NCBI GenBank assembly: GCA_049967475.1
Contig: JBMFSQ010000008.1
Location: 73,349 to 137,348 of the forward strand
DNA from: Chthonomonadales bacterium
GTDB taxonomy: Bacteria; Armatimonadota; Chthonomonadetes; Chthonomonadales; CAJBBX01
Reading direction: 5' to 3'
Length of the DNA: 64,000 bases
Under the pieces are notes generated by a model, which saw only the letters and a list, made by a program, of their open reading frames with translations, did no database searches and was not told where the DNA came from. Shown piece by piece: positions 1 to 10,223 of the stretch. Positions within the stretch are counted from its first letter, which is position 1. Each line of letters starts with the position of its first letter. The translations under genes were made by a program, and so were the position numbers.

Positions 1-899
1 GCGAATATGACGACGATGCGCGCGCGATCCAGTCGGTTGGCCAGGCGCAGAGCTGCGGCCAGCACGGCGCCGGAAGAGATGCCTACTACGAACCCTTCTT
101 CTCGGGCGAGCCGGCGGGTCACCGCATAGGCTTCTTCCGTGTCTACCTCCATGATCTCGTCCGGCAGCGATGGATCGAAGATGCCGGGTACGATGGCTGT
201 AGGCAGGTGTTTGAGCCCTTCAAGCCCGTGGAAAGCCGAGGAGGGCTGCACGGCCACTAAGCGCACGCCTGGGACGTGTTCCCGCAGGTATCGGCCCGCT
301 CCGGTAAACGTGCCGGTAGTTCCAAGGCCGCATACGAAATGAGTGAGTGCGCCCTCGGTCTGCTTCACGATCTCCGGTCCTGTTGTGGTGTAGTGAGCCC
401 GCCAGTTCGCTGGGTTGTTGTACTGATCCGGGTAGAAGTACTGTTCCGGGCCCGCCGCATAGATCTCGCGGGCCTTAAGGATGGCGCCGTCAGAACCGAG
501 GCGCGGATCTGTAAGCACGAGCTCGGCCCCGAGGATGCGCAGGAGCTGTTTGCGCTCTTCGCTGGCATTGAGGGGCAAACAGAGTTTGACCTTGTAGCCA
601 AGCGCTGCGCCAATGAGGGCATAGGCGATGCCGGTGTTGCCTGAAGTAGCATCGAGGATCGTCTTGCCTGGCGACAATCGGCCCGTGCGTTCTCCGTCAC
701 GGATCATGTTGAGCGCAGGACGGTCTTTGATGGATCCTCCCGGATTGAACCATTCAGCTTTAGCCCAGACCTCCACGCGGCGGTTCTGGGGCGTGACCCG
801 TGCCAAGCGGATCAGGGGCGTATTCCCCACCAGATCGAGGAGGGATGGAAGCGGCTGTTTGATTGAGCTCGAGCTCGACGTCATAGATCCGGCTTTCAT
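1..899 (-). CDS. PLP-dependent cysteine synthase family protein (3' end truncated by window edge)
   Basis: Not in the ORF track. Manual translation gives LLDLVGNTPLIRL, AKAEWFNPGGSIKDR (PLP lysine), EGLKHLPTAIVPGIFD and GISSGAVLAAA. ATG at 899, alternative at 884. Confidence 0.9.
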   Translation of the reverse strand, partial: MKAGSMTSSSSSIKQPLPSLLDLVGNTPLIRLARVTPQNRRVEVWAKAEWFNPGGSIKDRPALNMIRDGERTGRLSPGKTILDATSGNTGIAYALIGAALGYKVKLCLPLNASEERKQLLRILGAELVLTDPRLGSDGAILKAREIYAAGPEQYFYPDQYNNPANWRAHYTTTGPEIVKQTEGALTHFVCGLGTTGTFTGAGRYLREHVPGVRLVAVQPSSAFHGLEGLKHLPTAIVPGIFDPSLPDEIMEVDTEEAYAVTRRLAREEGFVVGISSGAVLAAALRLANRLDRARIVVIF

Positions 900-952
900 T
901 GCCCCTGCGCGGGCGGAATGGCATGCGCGGCCGATCCGTTCAACTGACCTAA

Positions 953-982
953 ATTATATCATTACTCAAGTTTTATGCGCAA
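953..982 (-). promoter_or_regulatory. sigma70-type promoter for cysteine synthase
   Basis: TTGCGC-N18-TATAAT with extended TGn, in an AT-rich patch. Confidence 0.55.
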
Positions 983-1049
983 GGGGCGGATCGTGCTCTT
1001 TGCCCGGAGCTGGGAGCGGCAAACTTCCAACAGATATAACAGCTTCCCC

Positions 1050-1079
1050 TTGACTCAGCTCTCGGGGCTGGGGTACGCT
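1050..1079 (+). promoter_or_regulatory. putative sigma70-type promoter of the act-cox operon
   Basis: TTGACT-N18-TACGCT, about 165 nt upstream of actA. Confidence 0.4.
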
Positions 1080-1246
1080 TTCATCGTTTTTGCGCTGCCG
1101 TAACTTGGATCGTGAAAAAGACCACAAAACTTGCCGATTTGGGAACGTTCGGCACATCTCCAGTCGCTTTACATGTTGGGAACCCGCGATGACCTTCGGG
1201 GGATGTCGGATTAGCTTCTGAAGAGACGTGCGTAATTGGAGCAGCC

Positions 1247-1963
1247 ATGGCCCAGGTATTTCCGCGTAGCGCCAATACGCTTGCCAGAGTGAGCCTTCTG
1301 GGCGTTGTGGTCGTGCCCTTGGGGATTTTGCTCACGGGGTCAGCCGTCACCCGCTCTGGCTACAACACGAAAGTAGATGTGCCTCAGGATCAGCCCGTTC
1401 CATTCAGCCATGAGCATCATGTGAATGAGCTTGGGATTGACTGCCGGTACTGCCACACGTCCGTGACGAAGTCTTCCTTCGCCGGCATACCGCCCACGTA
1501 CACCTGTATGTCCTGCCACTCCCAAATCTGGACCAACAGCCCGCTGCTCAAGCCCGTGCGCGACAGTCTGGCGAATGGCGAGCCCTTGCAATGGGTGCGG
1601 GTGAACAAGCTGCCGGACTTCGTCTACTTCGATCACTCCATTCACATCAATCGGGGCATTAACTGCAACGTGTGCCACGGGCCCGTTCACCGCATGCAAC
1701 TTACCTATAAAGGCAAGCCCTTCTTCATGTCCTTCTGCCTCAATTGCCATCGAAACCCGGAAGGCTATCTGCGTCCGCGAAACGAGGTTTTCAACCTTTA
1801 TGTGCGATACCAGCGGGGCGATATTTCTGCGGAGGACCGAAGGATGCTGGATGATCCCGACTATGTGCCGTCGCCGGCGCAGGTTGCCAAGGGCCGTGAG
1901 CTCGTGAAGGAATATGGGATCAAGAAGGCCCAGCTTACGGACTGCTGGATCTGTCATCGTTAG
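1247..1963 (+). CDS. actA: alternative complex III pentaheme cytochrome c subunit
   Basis: N-terminal TM, QPVPFSHEHH, five CxxCH motifs (CRYCH, CMSCH, CNVCH, CLNCH, CWICH); first gene of the act cluster. Confidence 0.93.
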   Translation: MAQVFPRSANTLARVSLLGVVVVPLGILLTGSAVTRSGYNTKVDVPQDQPVPFSHEHHVNELGIDCRYCHTSVTKSSFAGIPPTYTCMSCHSQIWTNSPLLKPVRDSLANGEPLQWVRVNKLPDFVYFDHSIHINRGINCNVCHGPVHRMQLTYKGKPFFMSFCLNCHRNPEGYLRPRNEVFNLYVRYQRGDISAEDRRMLDDPDYVPSPAQVAKGRELVKEYGIKKAQLTDCWICHR

Positions 1964-1981
1964 GACGGGCGAGGACGCTTC

Positions 1982-4900
1982 ATGATTGGCGACAACCACA
2001 ACGATGCCCAAGACACCGATGGGCTCCACAAGATGAAAAGCCGCCTTGCCGGTCGCAAGGGCCAAGAGTATTGGCGCAGTTTGGAGGAGCTTGCAGATAC
2101 TCCCGAGTTCCGCCGCTTCGTAGACGACGAATTCCCCAACCGCTCCTCACTGCTGGAGGCCATGCGAATGGACCGGCGGAGCTTCCTTACCCTGATGGGC
2201 TCTTCCATCGCTCTCGCGGGGCTTTCGGGCTGTCGCTTCCTGCCGGCAGAAAAGATCGTGCCTTACGTGCAGGCTCCCGAGGACCTCATCCCGGGTGTGC
2301 CCGTGTACTATGCCACGGCGGCGGTAATCGGCGGCTACGGTGTTGGCGTGCTCGTAGAGAGCCACGAGGGAAGACCCACGAAGATCGAGGGGAACCCTGG
2401 GCACCCGGCCAGTTTGGGAAGCACGGATGCGCTGGTGCAGGCTACGCTGCTGGATCTGTACGATCCGGAACGTTCCCAGAACGTGTCCAGGAAGGGCCAA
2501 GCGGCAACGTGGGATGCGTTTTTTGCCGAAGCGCGCAAGGCGCTGGGCGGGCTCGGTTCCGGCGGCGACGGGCTGCGCGTGCTTACGGGAACCGTAACCT
2601 CTCCAACTTTGGCACGCCAGATGGCCTCTCTATTGGCCAAGTACCCGGCGGCCCGATGGCACCGGTACGATCCGGCTGGGGATCACAACGCCCGCACAGG
2701 CACCATTGCAGCATTCGGCAAGCCGGTAATGGCCCTGTACCATCTGGATAAGGCATCCCGTATTCTGGCCCTCGATGCCGATTTCCTGCAGAGCCCGCCT
2801 TCCAACGTCCGGTACGCCAGAGATTTTGCCCAGCGCAGGCGTGTGAGGCGAGGTTCTACGGAGATGAGCCGGTTGTACGCGCTGGAAAGCACCCCCGGCA
2901 TCACCGGCGCCGTGGCGGATCACCGCAAGGCTGTGCGTCCCGCTGAGGTTGAGGTGTACGCCCGTGCCGTGGCAGCAGCTTTGGGGCCGGCCGGGGGGTC
3001 GAGCTCCGGCGCGCCGGATGCTCCATGGGCAGCAGCGGTGGCCCGAGATTTGGCTGCCCATCGCGGCGCGAGCGTGGTCATTCCAGGGCAAGGTCAGCCC
3101 GCCGCCGTGCACGCGCTTGCCCATGCCATGAACCAGATGTTGGGCGCTGTAGGTAATACCGTGACCTTCGTGGAGCCGGCAGAAGCGGATCCTGTAGACC
3201 ATCTGGCGTCGCTGCAGGAACTCGTGGCGGATATGCGTGCAGGCAAAGTGAAGGTGCTCCTGATCATAGGGGGCAACCCTGCCTATACCGCCCCGGCGGA
3301 TTTGGAGTTCGCAGCCGCTTTGGGCGCTGTGCCCTTCAGCGTGCATCTGGGCCGCTATGAGGATGAGACGTCCCAGGCATGCCTCTGGCATCTGGCTGAG
3401 AGCCATTATTTGGAAGCATGGAGCGACGTGAGGGCCTTCGACGGTACAGCGTCCATCGTGCAGCCCCTCATTCAGCCTCTGTATTCTACGCGTTCCGCGC
3501 ACGAGGTGTTGGCGGAGCTCATGGGGGAACCGGCGCCGGGACTGGAGATCGTGCAGAACTATTGGAAGGAGAAGTTCTCCGGGACCGGTCGCAACTTCCA
3601 AGATGCGTGGCGCAAGTGGCTCAATGACGGGGTTGTTCCCGGGACAGCTTCGCCTCCGATCGAGGTGCCGGCAGCCAAAATACCTGCGCAGTCGCCGGCT
3701 GCCGCGGGCGGGTACGACATCATCTTTCGGCCGGATCCCAATCTGCTGGACGGCACCTTCGCCAACAACGCCTGGCTCATGGAACTTCCGCGGCCGCTTA
3801 CGAAGCTTACATGGGACAACGCAGCCCTCATGAGCCCGGCTACAGCCGTGCGGCTGGGGCTGGCCTCACCGGGGAAGGCCTATGTTGCCAACAGCCAAGT
3901 AGTGGAGCTTGCCTACAAGGGGCGGAGGCTGAAGGCGCCTCTCTTTATCCTGCCTGGGCACGCCGATGATTGCGTCACCCTTCATCTCGGTTGGGGGCGC
4001 AGCCGAGGCGGGTCCGTATGCGCCGGCAAGGGGGTGAATGCATATGCGCTCCAAACGTCCGACGCGCCAAACTTCGATACCGGGCTGCAAATACGCCCCA
4101 CACAAGACCGCTACGAGCTGGTGTCTACGCATTACCACAGCGCCATAGACATGGAAGGCCGCGAACCGGTGCTTTGGCGCACCTTCGACGATTTTGTGAA
4201 GAGTGGTTATGCCCCCGTGGCAGCGGAAGAGGAGAGCAACCCCAGCCAGAGCATGTTCCAAACTCCTGCAGAGTACGCCCAGTACGACGGGTATGCCTGG
4301 GGAATGACCATAGACCTGAATGTGTGCATAGGATGCAACGCGTGTGTCGTGGCATGCCAGGCGGAGAACAATATCCCCGTAGTGGGGAAGGACCAGGTGT
4401 CCCGCGGGCGTGAGATGCACTGGATCCGCATTGACCGGTACTACCAGGGGACATCCGAAGCCGACCTCGAGAACCCCGTCACCTTCTTCGAGCCTGTACC
4501 CTGCATGCAATGTGAATTGGCTCCCTGTGAACCGGTGTGCCCCGTGGGTGCCACGACCCACAGCCACGAGGGGCTCAATCAGATGGTTTACAACCGCTGT
4601 GTGGGTACGCGGTATTGCTCCAACAACTGCCCCTACAAGGTGCGCCGTTTCAACTTCTACAAATTCTCCGCCGGCCAGCCCAACAACGCGCCGGGGAATT
4701 ACGACAATCCCACCTTCAAGCTCATGGCGAACCCCAACGTCACCGTACGCGGCCGCGGGGTTATGGAGAAATGCACGTACTGCGTGCAGCGCATCAACGA
4801 AGCGCGCATCAAAGCCAAGGAGCGGAACCGTGTCATTCGGGACGGCGAGATACAAACAGCGTGCCAGCAGGCTTGTCCCACTAAGGCGATCGTTTTTGGG

Positions 4901-5056
4901 AACATCCATGATGCCGGAGCAGAAGCAGCCCGTTTAAGGCAAGAGCCGGCTAAGTTCGTACTTCTCGGCGAACTGAATACCCGGCCGCGCACGACATATC
5001 TGGCCAAGTTCCGCAACCTGAACCCAGAGATCCGCACGGAGAAGAGCGTTGAGTAA
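1982..5056 (+). CDS. actB: alternative complex III subunit B (molybdopterin-oxidoreductase-like plus Fe-S domains, Tat lipoprotein)
   Basis: YWRSLEEL, Tat motif DRRSFL with lipobox LSGC, EGRPTKIEGNP, and C-terminal CIGCNACVVAC, CMQC..PCEPVCP, CVGTRYCSNNCP and EKCTYC ferredoxin motifs. Confidence 0.95.
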   Translation: MIGDNHNDAQDTDGLHKMKSRLAGRKGQEYWRSLEELADTPEFRRFVDDEFPNRSSLLEAMRMDRRSFLTLMGSSIALAGLSGCRFLPAEKIVPYVQAPEDLIPGVPVYYATAAVIGGYGVGVLVESHEGRPTKIEGNPGHPASLGSTDALVQATLLDLYDPERSQNVSRKGQAATWDAFFAEARKALGGLGSGGDGLRVLTGTVTSPTLARQMASLLAKYPAARWHRYDPAGDHNARTGTIAAFGKPVMALYHLDKASRILALDADFLQSPPSNVRYARDFAQRRRVRRGSTEMSRLYALESTPGITGAVADHRKAVRPAEVEVYARAVAAALGPAGGSSSGAPDAPWAAAVARDLAAHRGASVVIPGQGQPAAVHALAHAMNQMLGAVGNTVTFVEPAEADPVDHLASLQELVADMRAGKVKVLLIIGGNPAYTAPADLEFAAALGAVPFSVHLGRYEDETSQACLWHLAESHYLEAWSDVRAFDGTASIVQPLIQPLYSTRSAHEVLAELMGEPAPGLEIVQNYWKEKFSGTGRNFQDAWRKWLNDGVVPGTASPPIEVPAAKIPAQSPAAAGGYDIIFRPDPNLLDGTFANNAWLMELPRPLTKLTWDNAALMSPATAVRLGLASPGKAYVANSQVVELAYKGRRLKAPLFILPGHADDCVTLHLGWGRSRGGSVCAGKGVNAYALQTSDAPNFDTGLQIRPTQDRYELVSTHYHSAIDMEGREPVLWRTFDDFVKSGYAPVAAEEESNPSQSMFQTPAEYAQYDGYAWGMTIDLNVCIGCNACVVACQAENNIPVVGKDQVSRGREMHWIRIDRYYQGTSEADLENPVTFFEPVPCMQCELAPCEPVCPVGATTHSHEGLNQMVYNRCVGTRYCSNNCPYKVRRFNFYKFSAGQPNNAPGNYDNPTFKLMANPNVTVRGRGVMEKCTYCVQRINEARIKAKERNRVIRDGEIQTACQQACPTKAIVFGNIHDAGAEAARLRQEPAKFVLLGELNTRPRTTYLAKFRNLNPEIRTEKSVE

Positions 5057-6464
5057 TCTGCCTAGCGAGCGCATCCTTACCGGCGAACACTCCTATGGAA
5101 CGATTGATCGCCGCATCGGCGAGGTCGTTCTTGATCAGCGGAAGCATCCCCTTCCGTGGTACGTCACCTTCGCCATAGGCTTCGGCCTGCTTCAGGTGAT
5201 GATGCTGGCGTTTACCTGGCTCCTTTACAAAGGAGTAGGCATCTGGGGCATCAACATCCCTGTAGGCTGGGGCTTCGCGATCATCAATTTCGTGTGGTGG
5301 ATCGGTATAGGTCATGCCGGGACGCTTATTTCGGCGATCCTTCTCTTGATGCGGCAGTTGTGGCGCAATTCCATCAACCGGTTCGCCGAGGCGATGACCC
5401 TCTTCGCCGTCATGTGCGCCGGCCTCTTTCCGTTACTCCACACCGGCAGGCCATGGGTGGCGTACTGGCTCTTTCCTTATCCCAGTGTGCTTGGCGTATG
5501 GCCGCAGTTCCGCAGTCCTCTCGTATGGGATGTCTTCGCCGTGTCCACGTACATGACGGTGTCGGCCCTGTTTTGGTACATCGGCCTCATTCCAGACTTT
5601 GCCACCCTTCGGGACAGAGCCGGCAACCGCCTCGCCCAGATTATTTTCGGCATTCTTTCCATGGGGTGGCGGGGTTCGGCCGGTCACTGGTTCCGGTATG
5701 AGACGGCCTACCTAATCCTTGCGGGCCTCTCCACGCCCCTCGTACTCTCCGTGCACAGCATTGTGAGCTTCGACTTCGCCGTGAGCATCATACCGGGCTG
5801 GCATACTACCATCTTTCCGCCGTACTTCGTGGCTGGAGCCATCTATGCCGGGTTCGCAATGGTGCTGATCCTGGCGATCCCCATTCGCGCGTGGTACGGC
5901 CTCAAGGACTTCATCACCATGCGCCACCTCGATTGGATGGCGAAGTTTATGCTGGGTACGGGCCTCGTGGTGTTCTACGGCTATGTGATGGAAGCCTTCT
6001 ATGCCTGGTACAGCGGGAACAAATATGAGCAATACATGATGATGAACCGGTGGGTTGGGCCCTATGCGCCACTCTATTGGGCGCTCATCGTATGCAACGG
6101 CATCACTCCGCAATTCCTTTGGTCCCCCAAAGTGCGCCGGAATTTGGCCATGCTCTTCACCATATCCGTGGTGGTGAGCATCGGGATGTGGCTGGAGCGC
6201 TTCATGATCGTGGTAGAGAGCCTGCATCGGGACTTCCTCCCGTCGAGTTGGGGTATGTACGCAGGCACTATTTGGGATTGGGCTACCTTCATCGGCACCA
6301 TCGGCTTCTTCACGTTCAACATGTTCCTGTTCATCCGGTTTGTTCCCATGATCAACATGTTCGAGATGAAGGACCTCCTGCACAGGATTACGGGGCGCCT
6401 CCCCATGCATCCGGAGCCCAAACCTGTGCATGAAGCGAGAGAACTCGCAGAGGAGAGGGCGTGA
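5049..6464 (+). CDS. actC: alternative complex III quinol-binding NrfD/PsrC-family membrane subunit
   Basis: NFVWWIGIGHAGTLISAIL, WDVFAVSTY, PLVLSVHSIVS; TTG start overlapping actB. Confidence 0.95.
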   Translation: MSNLPSERILTGEHSYGTIDRRIGEVVLDQRKHPLPWYVTFAIGFGLLQVMMLAFTWLLYKGVGIWGINIPVGWGFAIINFVWWIGIGHAGTLISAILLLMRQLWRNSINRFAEAMTLFAVMCAGLFPLLHTGRPWVAYWLFPYPSVLGVWPQFRSPLVWDVFAVSTYMTVSALFWYIGLIPDFATLRDRAGNRLAQIIFGILSMGWRGSAGHWFRYETAYLILAGLSTPLVLSVHSIVSFDFAVSIIPGWHTTIFPPYFVAGAIYAGFAMVLILAIPIRAWYGLKDFITMRHLDWMAKFMLGTGLVVFYGYVMEAFYAWYSGNKYEQYMMMNRWVGPYAPLYWALIVCNGITPQFLWSPKVRRNLAMLFTISVVVSIGMWLERFMIVVESLHRDFLPSSWGMYAGTIWDWATFIGTIGFFTFNMFLFIRFVPMINMFEMKDLLHRITGRLPMHPEPKPVHEARELAEERA

Positions 6465-6473
6465 GGGAGCACC

Positions 6474-7019
6474 ATGGAGACACACGGCGCGCCAAAAGTG
6501 TACGGAATGCTGGCTGAGTTCGGCGATGCAGAAGAGATCGTGGTGGCGGCCGGCAAAGCCAAAGAGGCGGGATACGTGCGCCTCGATGCCTTTACTCCTT
6601 ACCCCGTTCACGGCCTGCCGGAAGCCATCGGGTTCCGCGACGTGCTGGTGCCTTGGCTCATCTTCTTCGGCGGGGTGTGCGGCGCTGTGGGAGGCTTCGC
6701 CCTCCAGTACTGGATCAATGTTGTGGACTACCCTATGGATATTGGAGGGCGCCCCTTCGTTACGTGGCCGTCCTTCATTCCTGTAACCTTTGAATGTACC
6801 GTCCTGTTCGCAGCCTTCGCAGCGGTGATTGGGATGCTCATGTTGAACGGCCTTCCCCGCCCTCATCATCCGGTGTTTAACGCTGATCGCTTCGCTCGAG
6901 CGAGCCAGGACCGCTTCTTCCTGTGCATCGAGGCGCGGGATCCCCGGTATGACGCGGCGGCAACACGTCGCTTCCTAGAAGGGCTCGGCGCCATCTCGGT
7001 GGAGGAGGTAGCGGCATGA
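6474..7019 (+). CDS. actD: alternative complex III subunit D (DUF3341)
   Basis: DAFTPYPVHGL, IGGRP, PVTFECTVL; two TMs. Confidence 0.92.
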   Translation: METHGAPKVYGMLAEFGDAEEIVVAAGKAKEAGYVRLDAFTPYPVHGLPEAIGFRDVLVPWLIFFGGVCGAVGGFALQYWINVVDYPMDIGGRPFVTWPSFIPVTFECTVLFAAFAAVIGMLMLNGLPRPHHPVFNADRFARASQDRFFLCIEARDPRYDAAATRRFLEGLGAISVEEVAA

Positions 7020-7678
7020 CGGCACGGACTTCTCGATGGTTGCGCGTGGCAGTGGCACTGGTTGCAGGCGTCGGGCTCGGCGGCTGCCACACAGACATGT
7101 GGGTGCAGAACAAGATCCAGAAGCCCTATCAGGGAGATGCCTTTTTTGCCGACGGATCCTCGGCACGCCCCGAAGTGGTGGGCGTCGTAGCCCACGGAGA
7201 GTACCATCCGGATGACGCCCTCTATACCGGGATGGATCACGGTAAGCTCGCTACGGCATTTCCGTTCCCGATTACGAGAGCCGATTTGGCTCGAGGCCAG
7301 GACCAGTTCAATGTATTCTGTGCGCCGTGCCATGGCCGTCTCGGGTACGGCAATGGGATGATCGCTCAGCGGGGCTTCGCCGTTCGGATCCAGCCGGGCA
7401 ATTACCACACGGACCGGTTACGACGGATGCCGGTAGGACATTTCTTCGACGTGATAACCAACGGCTTTGGGATGATGTACGGGTACGCGTCGCGCATTCC
7501 CGATGTGAAGGACCGATGGCGCATCGTAGCCTACATCCGGGCGTTGCAGCTCAGCCAGCATGCGCCGTTGCGCGACGTTCCGCCGGGGGCGCTCGGGGCG
7601 GCTGATGCGCTCCAGAAGGAGGCCGCGCCGACCGATGGGGCGACCGAGCCCGGTGCGCCGAACAAGGGACAGCCATGA
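7016..7678 (+). CDS. actE: alternative complex III monoheme cytochrome c lipoprotein
   Basis: Lipobox LGGC, single CAPCH, G.G.M..Y, DRWRIVAYIRALQ. Confidence 0.92.
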   Translation: MTARTSRWLRVAVALVAGVGLGGCHTDMWVQNKIQKPYQGDAFFADGSSARPEVVGVVAHGEYHPDDALYTGMDHGKLATAFPFPITRADLARGQDQFNVFCAPCHGRLGYGNGMIAQRGFAVRIQPGNYHTDRLRRMPVGHFFDVITNGFGMMYGYASRIPDVKDRWRIVAYIRALQLSQHAPLRDVPPGALGAADALQKEAAPTDGATEPGAPNKGQP

Positions 7679-8859
7679 GAGCATCCGATGAACTGATTGC
7701 AAAACTGAAGCAGGCGCGGGTCCCTGCCGCTGTTGTGGGGCTTGCAGGTACGGCTCTTTGTGTTGTGGGCGCCCTGGGGAGCTGGGAGCAGTTTCTGCAG
7801 TGTTATCTGTTCGCCTACGTGCTTTGGATGGGCATCACGCTGGGTTGTATGGCTTTGATGATGCTGCACCACATGGTCAAGAGCCGCTGGGGCCTTCCGA
7901 TCGTTCGCCCGGCAGAGGCAGGGGCGGGGAACTTGTGGTTCATGGCACTGCTGTTTCTTCCGATCGCAGCAGGTTTGGGCGCCCTGTATCCGTGGGCTAA
8001 GCCGGCACTCGTGGCATCCAGCACCATCTTGAAGCACAAACAGCCCTACCTCAATGTGCCGTTCTTCATGGTGCGGGCCGTGATTTACTTTGGGATTTGG
8101 ATGGGCTTGACCGCAGTGATCCGCAGATTATCGGTGCAACAGGATCAGAACGGGGATCTTACCCTTGCAGATCGGCGTGCGTCTTGGGCGGCTCCGGGTT
8201 TGGTGGCGTATGTGGTCACCGTCACCTTCGCGTTCACGGATTGGGTAATGTCGCTCCATCCATCGTGGTATTCCACGATCTTCGGCTTCTGGTTCGTAAT
8301 GTCCCAGGGCATGAGCGGTCTCTGCTTCCTGATCGTTTTCCTTACGTTGGTTCGCCGGTACGCTCCCTTCGAGCCCTATGCAACGCCCGGCGGCTATCGA
8401 GACCTGGGGAACCTGCTGTTGACCTTCGTGATGTTTTGGGGATACCTGTCGCTTTCCCAGTTCTTGATCATCTATTCCGGAAACCTGCCGGACGAGGCCT
8501 CCTATTACTTGACGCGCATGCAGGGGATATGGTGGGCAATCGGCACCTTTCTGGTGCTGTTCCAATTCTTCGTTCCCTTCTTGCTGCTGCTTTCGGGTCG
8601 CACGAAGCGCACGCCCGTTTACCTGGGGAGCTTGGCCGCCTTTCTGCTTGCAGTGCGCGCGGTAGACATGTTCTGGACCGTTTTGCCGTTCTTCCCGATC
8701 CCTGCGACCACGCTGCCTCTCGGATATGTGTGGATGGGGTTGGCAGCCTTTGCAGCTATAGGGGGGTGGTGGGTGGTGCTCTTCTTAACGGCTCTGCCGC
8801 GGGCTCTGCTCGTTCCTATCGAGGTTCCCGGGGCAGCGGAGGTGCTGGAACATGCGTAG
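7675..8859 (+). CDS. actF: alternative complex III subunit F (polytopic membrane protein)
   Basis: DWVMSLHPSWYSTIFG, DLGNLL, SQFLIIYSGNLPDE. Confidence 0.92.
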   Translation: MRASDELIAKLKQARVPAAVVGLAGTALCVVGALGSWEQFLQCYLFAYVLWMGITLGCMALMMLHHMVKSRWGLPIVRPAEAGAGNLWFMALLFLPIAAGLGALYPWAKPALVASSTILKHKQPYLNVPFFMVRAVIYFGIWMGLTAVIRRLSVQQDQNGDLTLADRRASWAAPGLVAYVVTVTFAFTDWVMSLHPSWYSTIFGFWFVMSQGMSGLCFLIVFLTLVRRYAPFEPYATPGGYRDLGNLLLTFVMFWGYLSLSQFLIIYSGNLPDEASYYLTRMQGIWWAIGTFLVLFQFFVPFLLLLSGRTKRTPVYLGSLAAFLLAVRAVDMFWTVLPFFPIPATTLPLGYVWMGLAAFAAIGGWWVVLFLTALPRALLVPIEVPGAAEVLEHA

Positions 8860-9319
8860 AGCAGAGGAGAAAATGGATCCCCAGGTGGATTACTTGCGGA
8901 AGCTGGGGTACGAGGCCCGGGATGTGTCCCTCGAGGCTTTGGGCAAGTGGCTGATTGCCTTGGGCATCTTTATCGGCGGCACGGCGCTGGTTACCTACGG
9001 CATCTTCAAGTTGTTCGTAGCGCCTGTAGTTCCGGGCGCGGAACAAAGCCCCGGTCTTACGGCGCCATTGCCGCCCCCGCCCGCGCCGAACCCGGCGCTG
9101 CAGCCCGCCCCTCGGCTGGATTTGAAAAAGTGGCGCGAGGACGAAGACGCAGCCATGAACAGCTACGGCTGGGTGGACCGGCGCAAAGGTATCGTGCGCA
9201 TCCCGGTGGAGCGGGCGATGGATTTGCTTGCCGCAGGTGGATTGCCGGTAAAGCAGGCACCCAACAAGGCGCCGTCGGCGGATGCAAGCGCCGGCGGCAC
9301 AGCGGAAGCCTCCCATTAG
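8852..9319 (+). CDS. actG: alternative complex III subunit G
   Basis: Single TM, Pro-rich linker, SYGWVD...VRIPVERAM; lies after actF. Confidence 0.8.
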   Translation: MRRAEEKMDPQVDYLRKLGYEARDVSLEALGKWLIALGIFIGGTALVTYGIFKLFVAPVVPGAEQSPGLTAPLPPPPAPNPALQPAPRLDLKKWREDEDAAMNSYGWVDRRKGIVRIPVERAMDLLAAGGLPVKQAPNKAPSADASAGGTAEASH

Positions 9320-9347
9320 CAGGCAACGCAGGATCGGTGGAGGAGCA

Positions 9348-10211
9348 ATGAAGATGGAGAAAGCGCTTGGAAAGGCGATTGCCGTGTTGGTGCTTGGGGT
9401 GGCGGTTACAGCCGCACCAACCCTTGCACAACAACAGCCGATAGATCTCGGCAAACAGGTTGGGTTGGACCAGAAACTCAACGCTCAGGTGCCGCTCAAT
9501 GTAACCTTCCAAGATGAAACCGGGGCAACCGTTCCTCTTGGCAAATACTTTGGAAGCAAGCCGGTAGTACTGGTGCTGCCGTTCTACACGTGCCCGGGGA
9601 TCTGCGCTCTCGAGTTGGATGGCATGGTAAAGGCTTTCCGTGGGCTGGATTTGGCGATGGGGAAAGACTACGAGGTGGTCACCATCAGCATCAATCCCAA
9701 GGAGACGCCTGCGCTTGCTGCGGCGAAGCATTCGGAATACGCATCGCTGTATGCCAAACCCGGGGCCGACACGGGCTGGCACTTTTTGGTAGGGACCGAT
9801 GCCAATATCCACGCCGTGGCGAACGCCGTGGGCTTTCGGTACGTGTACGACAAGGCAAACGACCAGTACGCCCATCCGGCAGGGATTATCGTGCTCACAC
9901 CCGACGGGCGCACGAGCCATTACTTTTACGGCGTAGATTACATGCCGCGGGACCTGCGCTTCGCTCTGATCACCGCATCGCGCGGGCGGATTGGGAGCCT
10001 GGTAGATCAGATCAAACTGCTCTGCTACCACATAGATCCTGCCACGGGCAAGTACGGCCTGTTGATCAGCCGGGTGCTCCAGTTGGCTGGGGGTGCTACT
10101 GTGCTCGCTCTGGGAACCTTCATGACGCTGATGTTCCTGCACGATCGGAAGCGGGCGCGGGCGACGGCTCCCCATGATGGAAGCGTTCAGATGCAGAGAC
10201 CTGGTGCTTAG
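9348..10211 (+). CDS. SCO1/SenC family copper chaperone
   Basis: Signal peptide, CPGIC (CxxxC), QYAHPAG His ligand, C-terminal TM; ATG 9348 follows GGAGGAG. Confidence 0.9.
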   Translation: MKMEKALGKAIAVLVLGVAVTAAPTLAQQQPIDLGKQVGLDQKLNAQVPLNVTFQDETGATVPLGKYFGSKPVVLVLPFYTCPGICALELDGMVKAFRGLDLAMGKDYEVVTISINPKETPALAAAKHSEYASLYAKPGADTGWHFLVGTDANIHAVANAVGFRYVYDKANDQYAHPAGIIVLTPDGRTSHYFYGVDYMPRDLRFALITASRGRIGSLVDQIKLLCYHIDPATGKYGLLISRVLQLAGGATVLALGTFMTLMFLHDRKRARATAPHDGSVQMQRPGA

Positions 10212-10223
10212 AGGAGCCGCACC

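Noticed and set aside
1148..1159. 12-mer TTCGGCACATCT shared with 47130-47141
   Set aside because: One such match between intergenic regions is expected by chance; the sigma28-like spacing at this copy is one base short.
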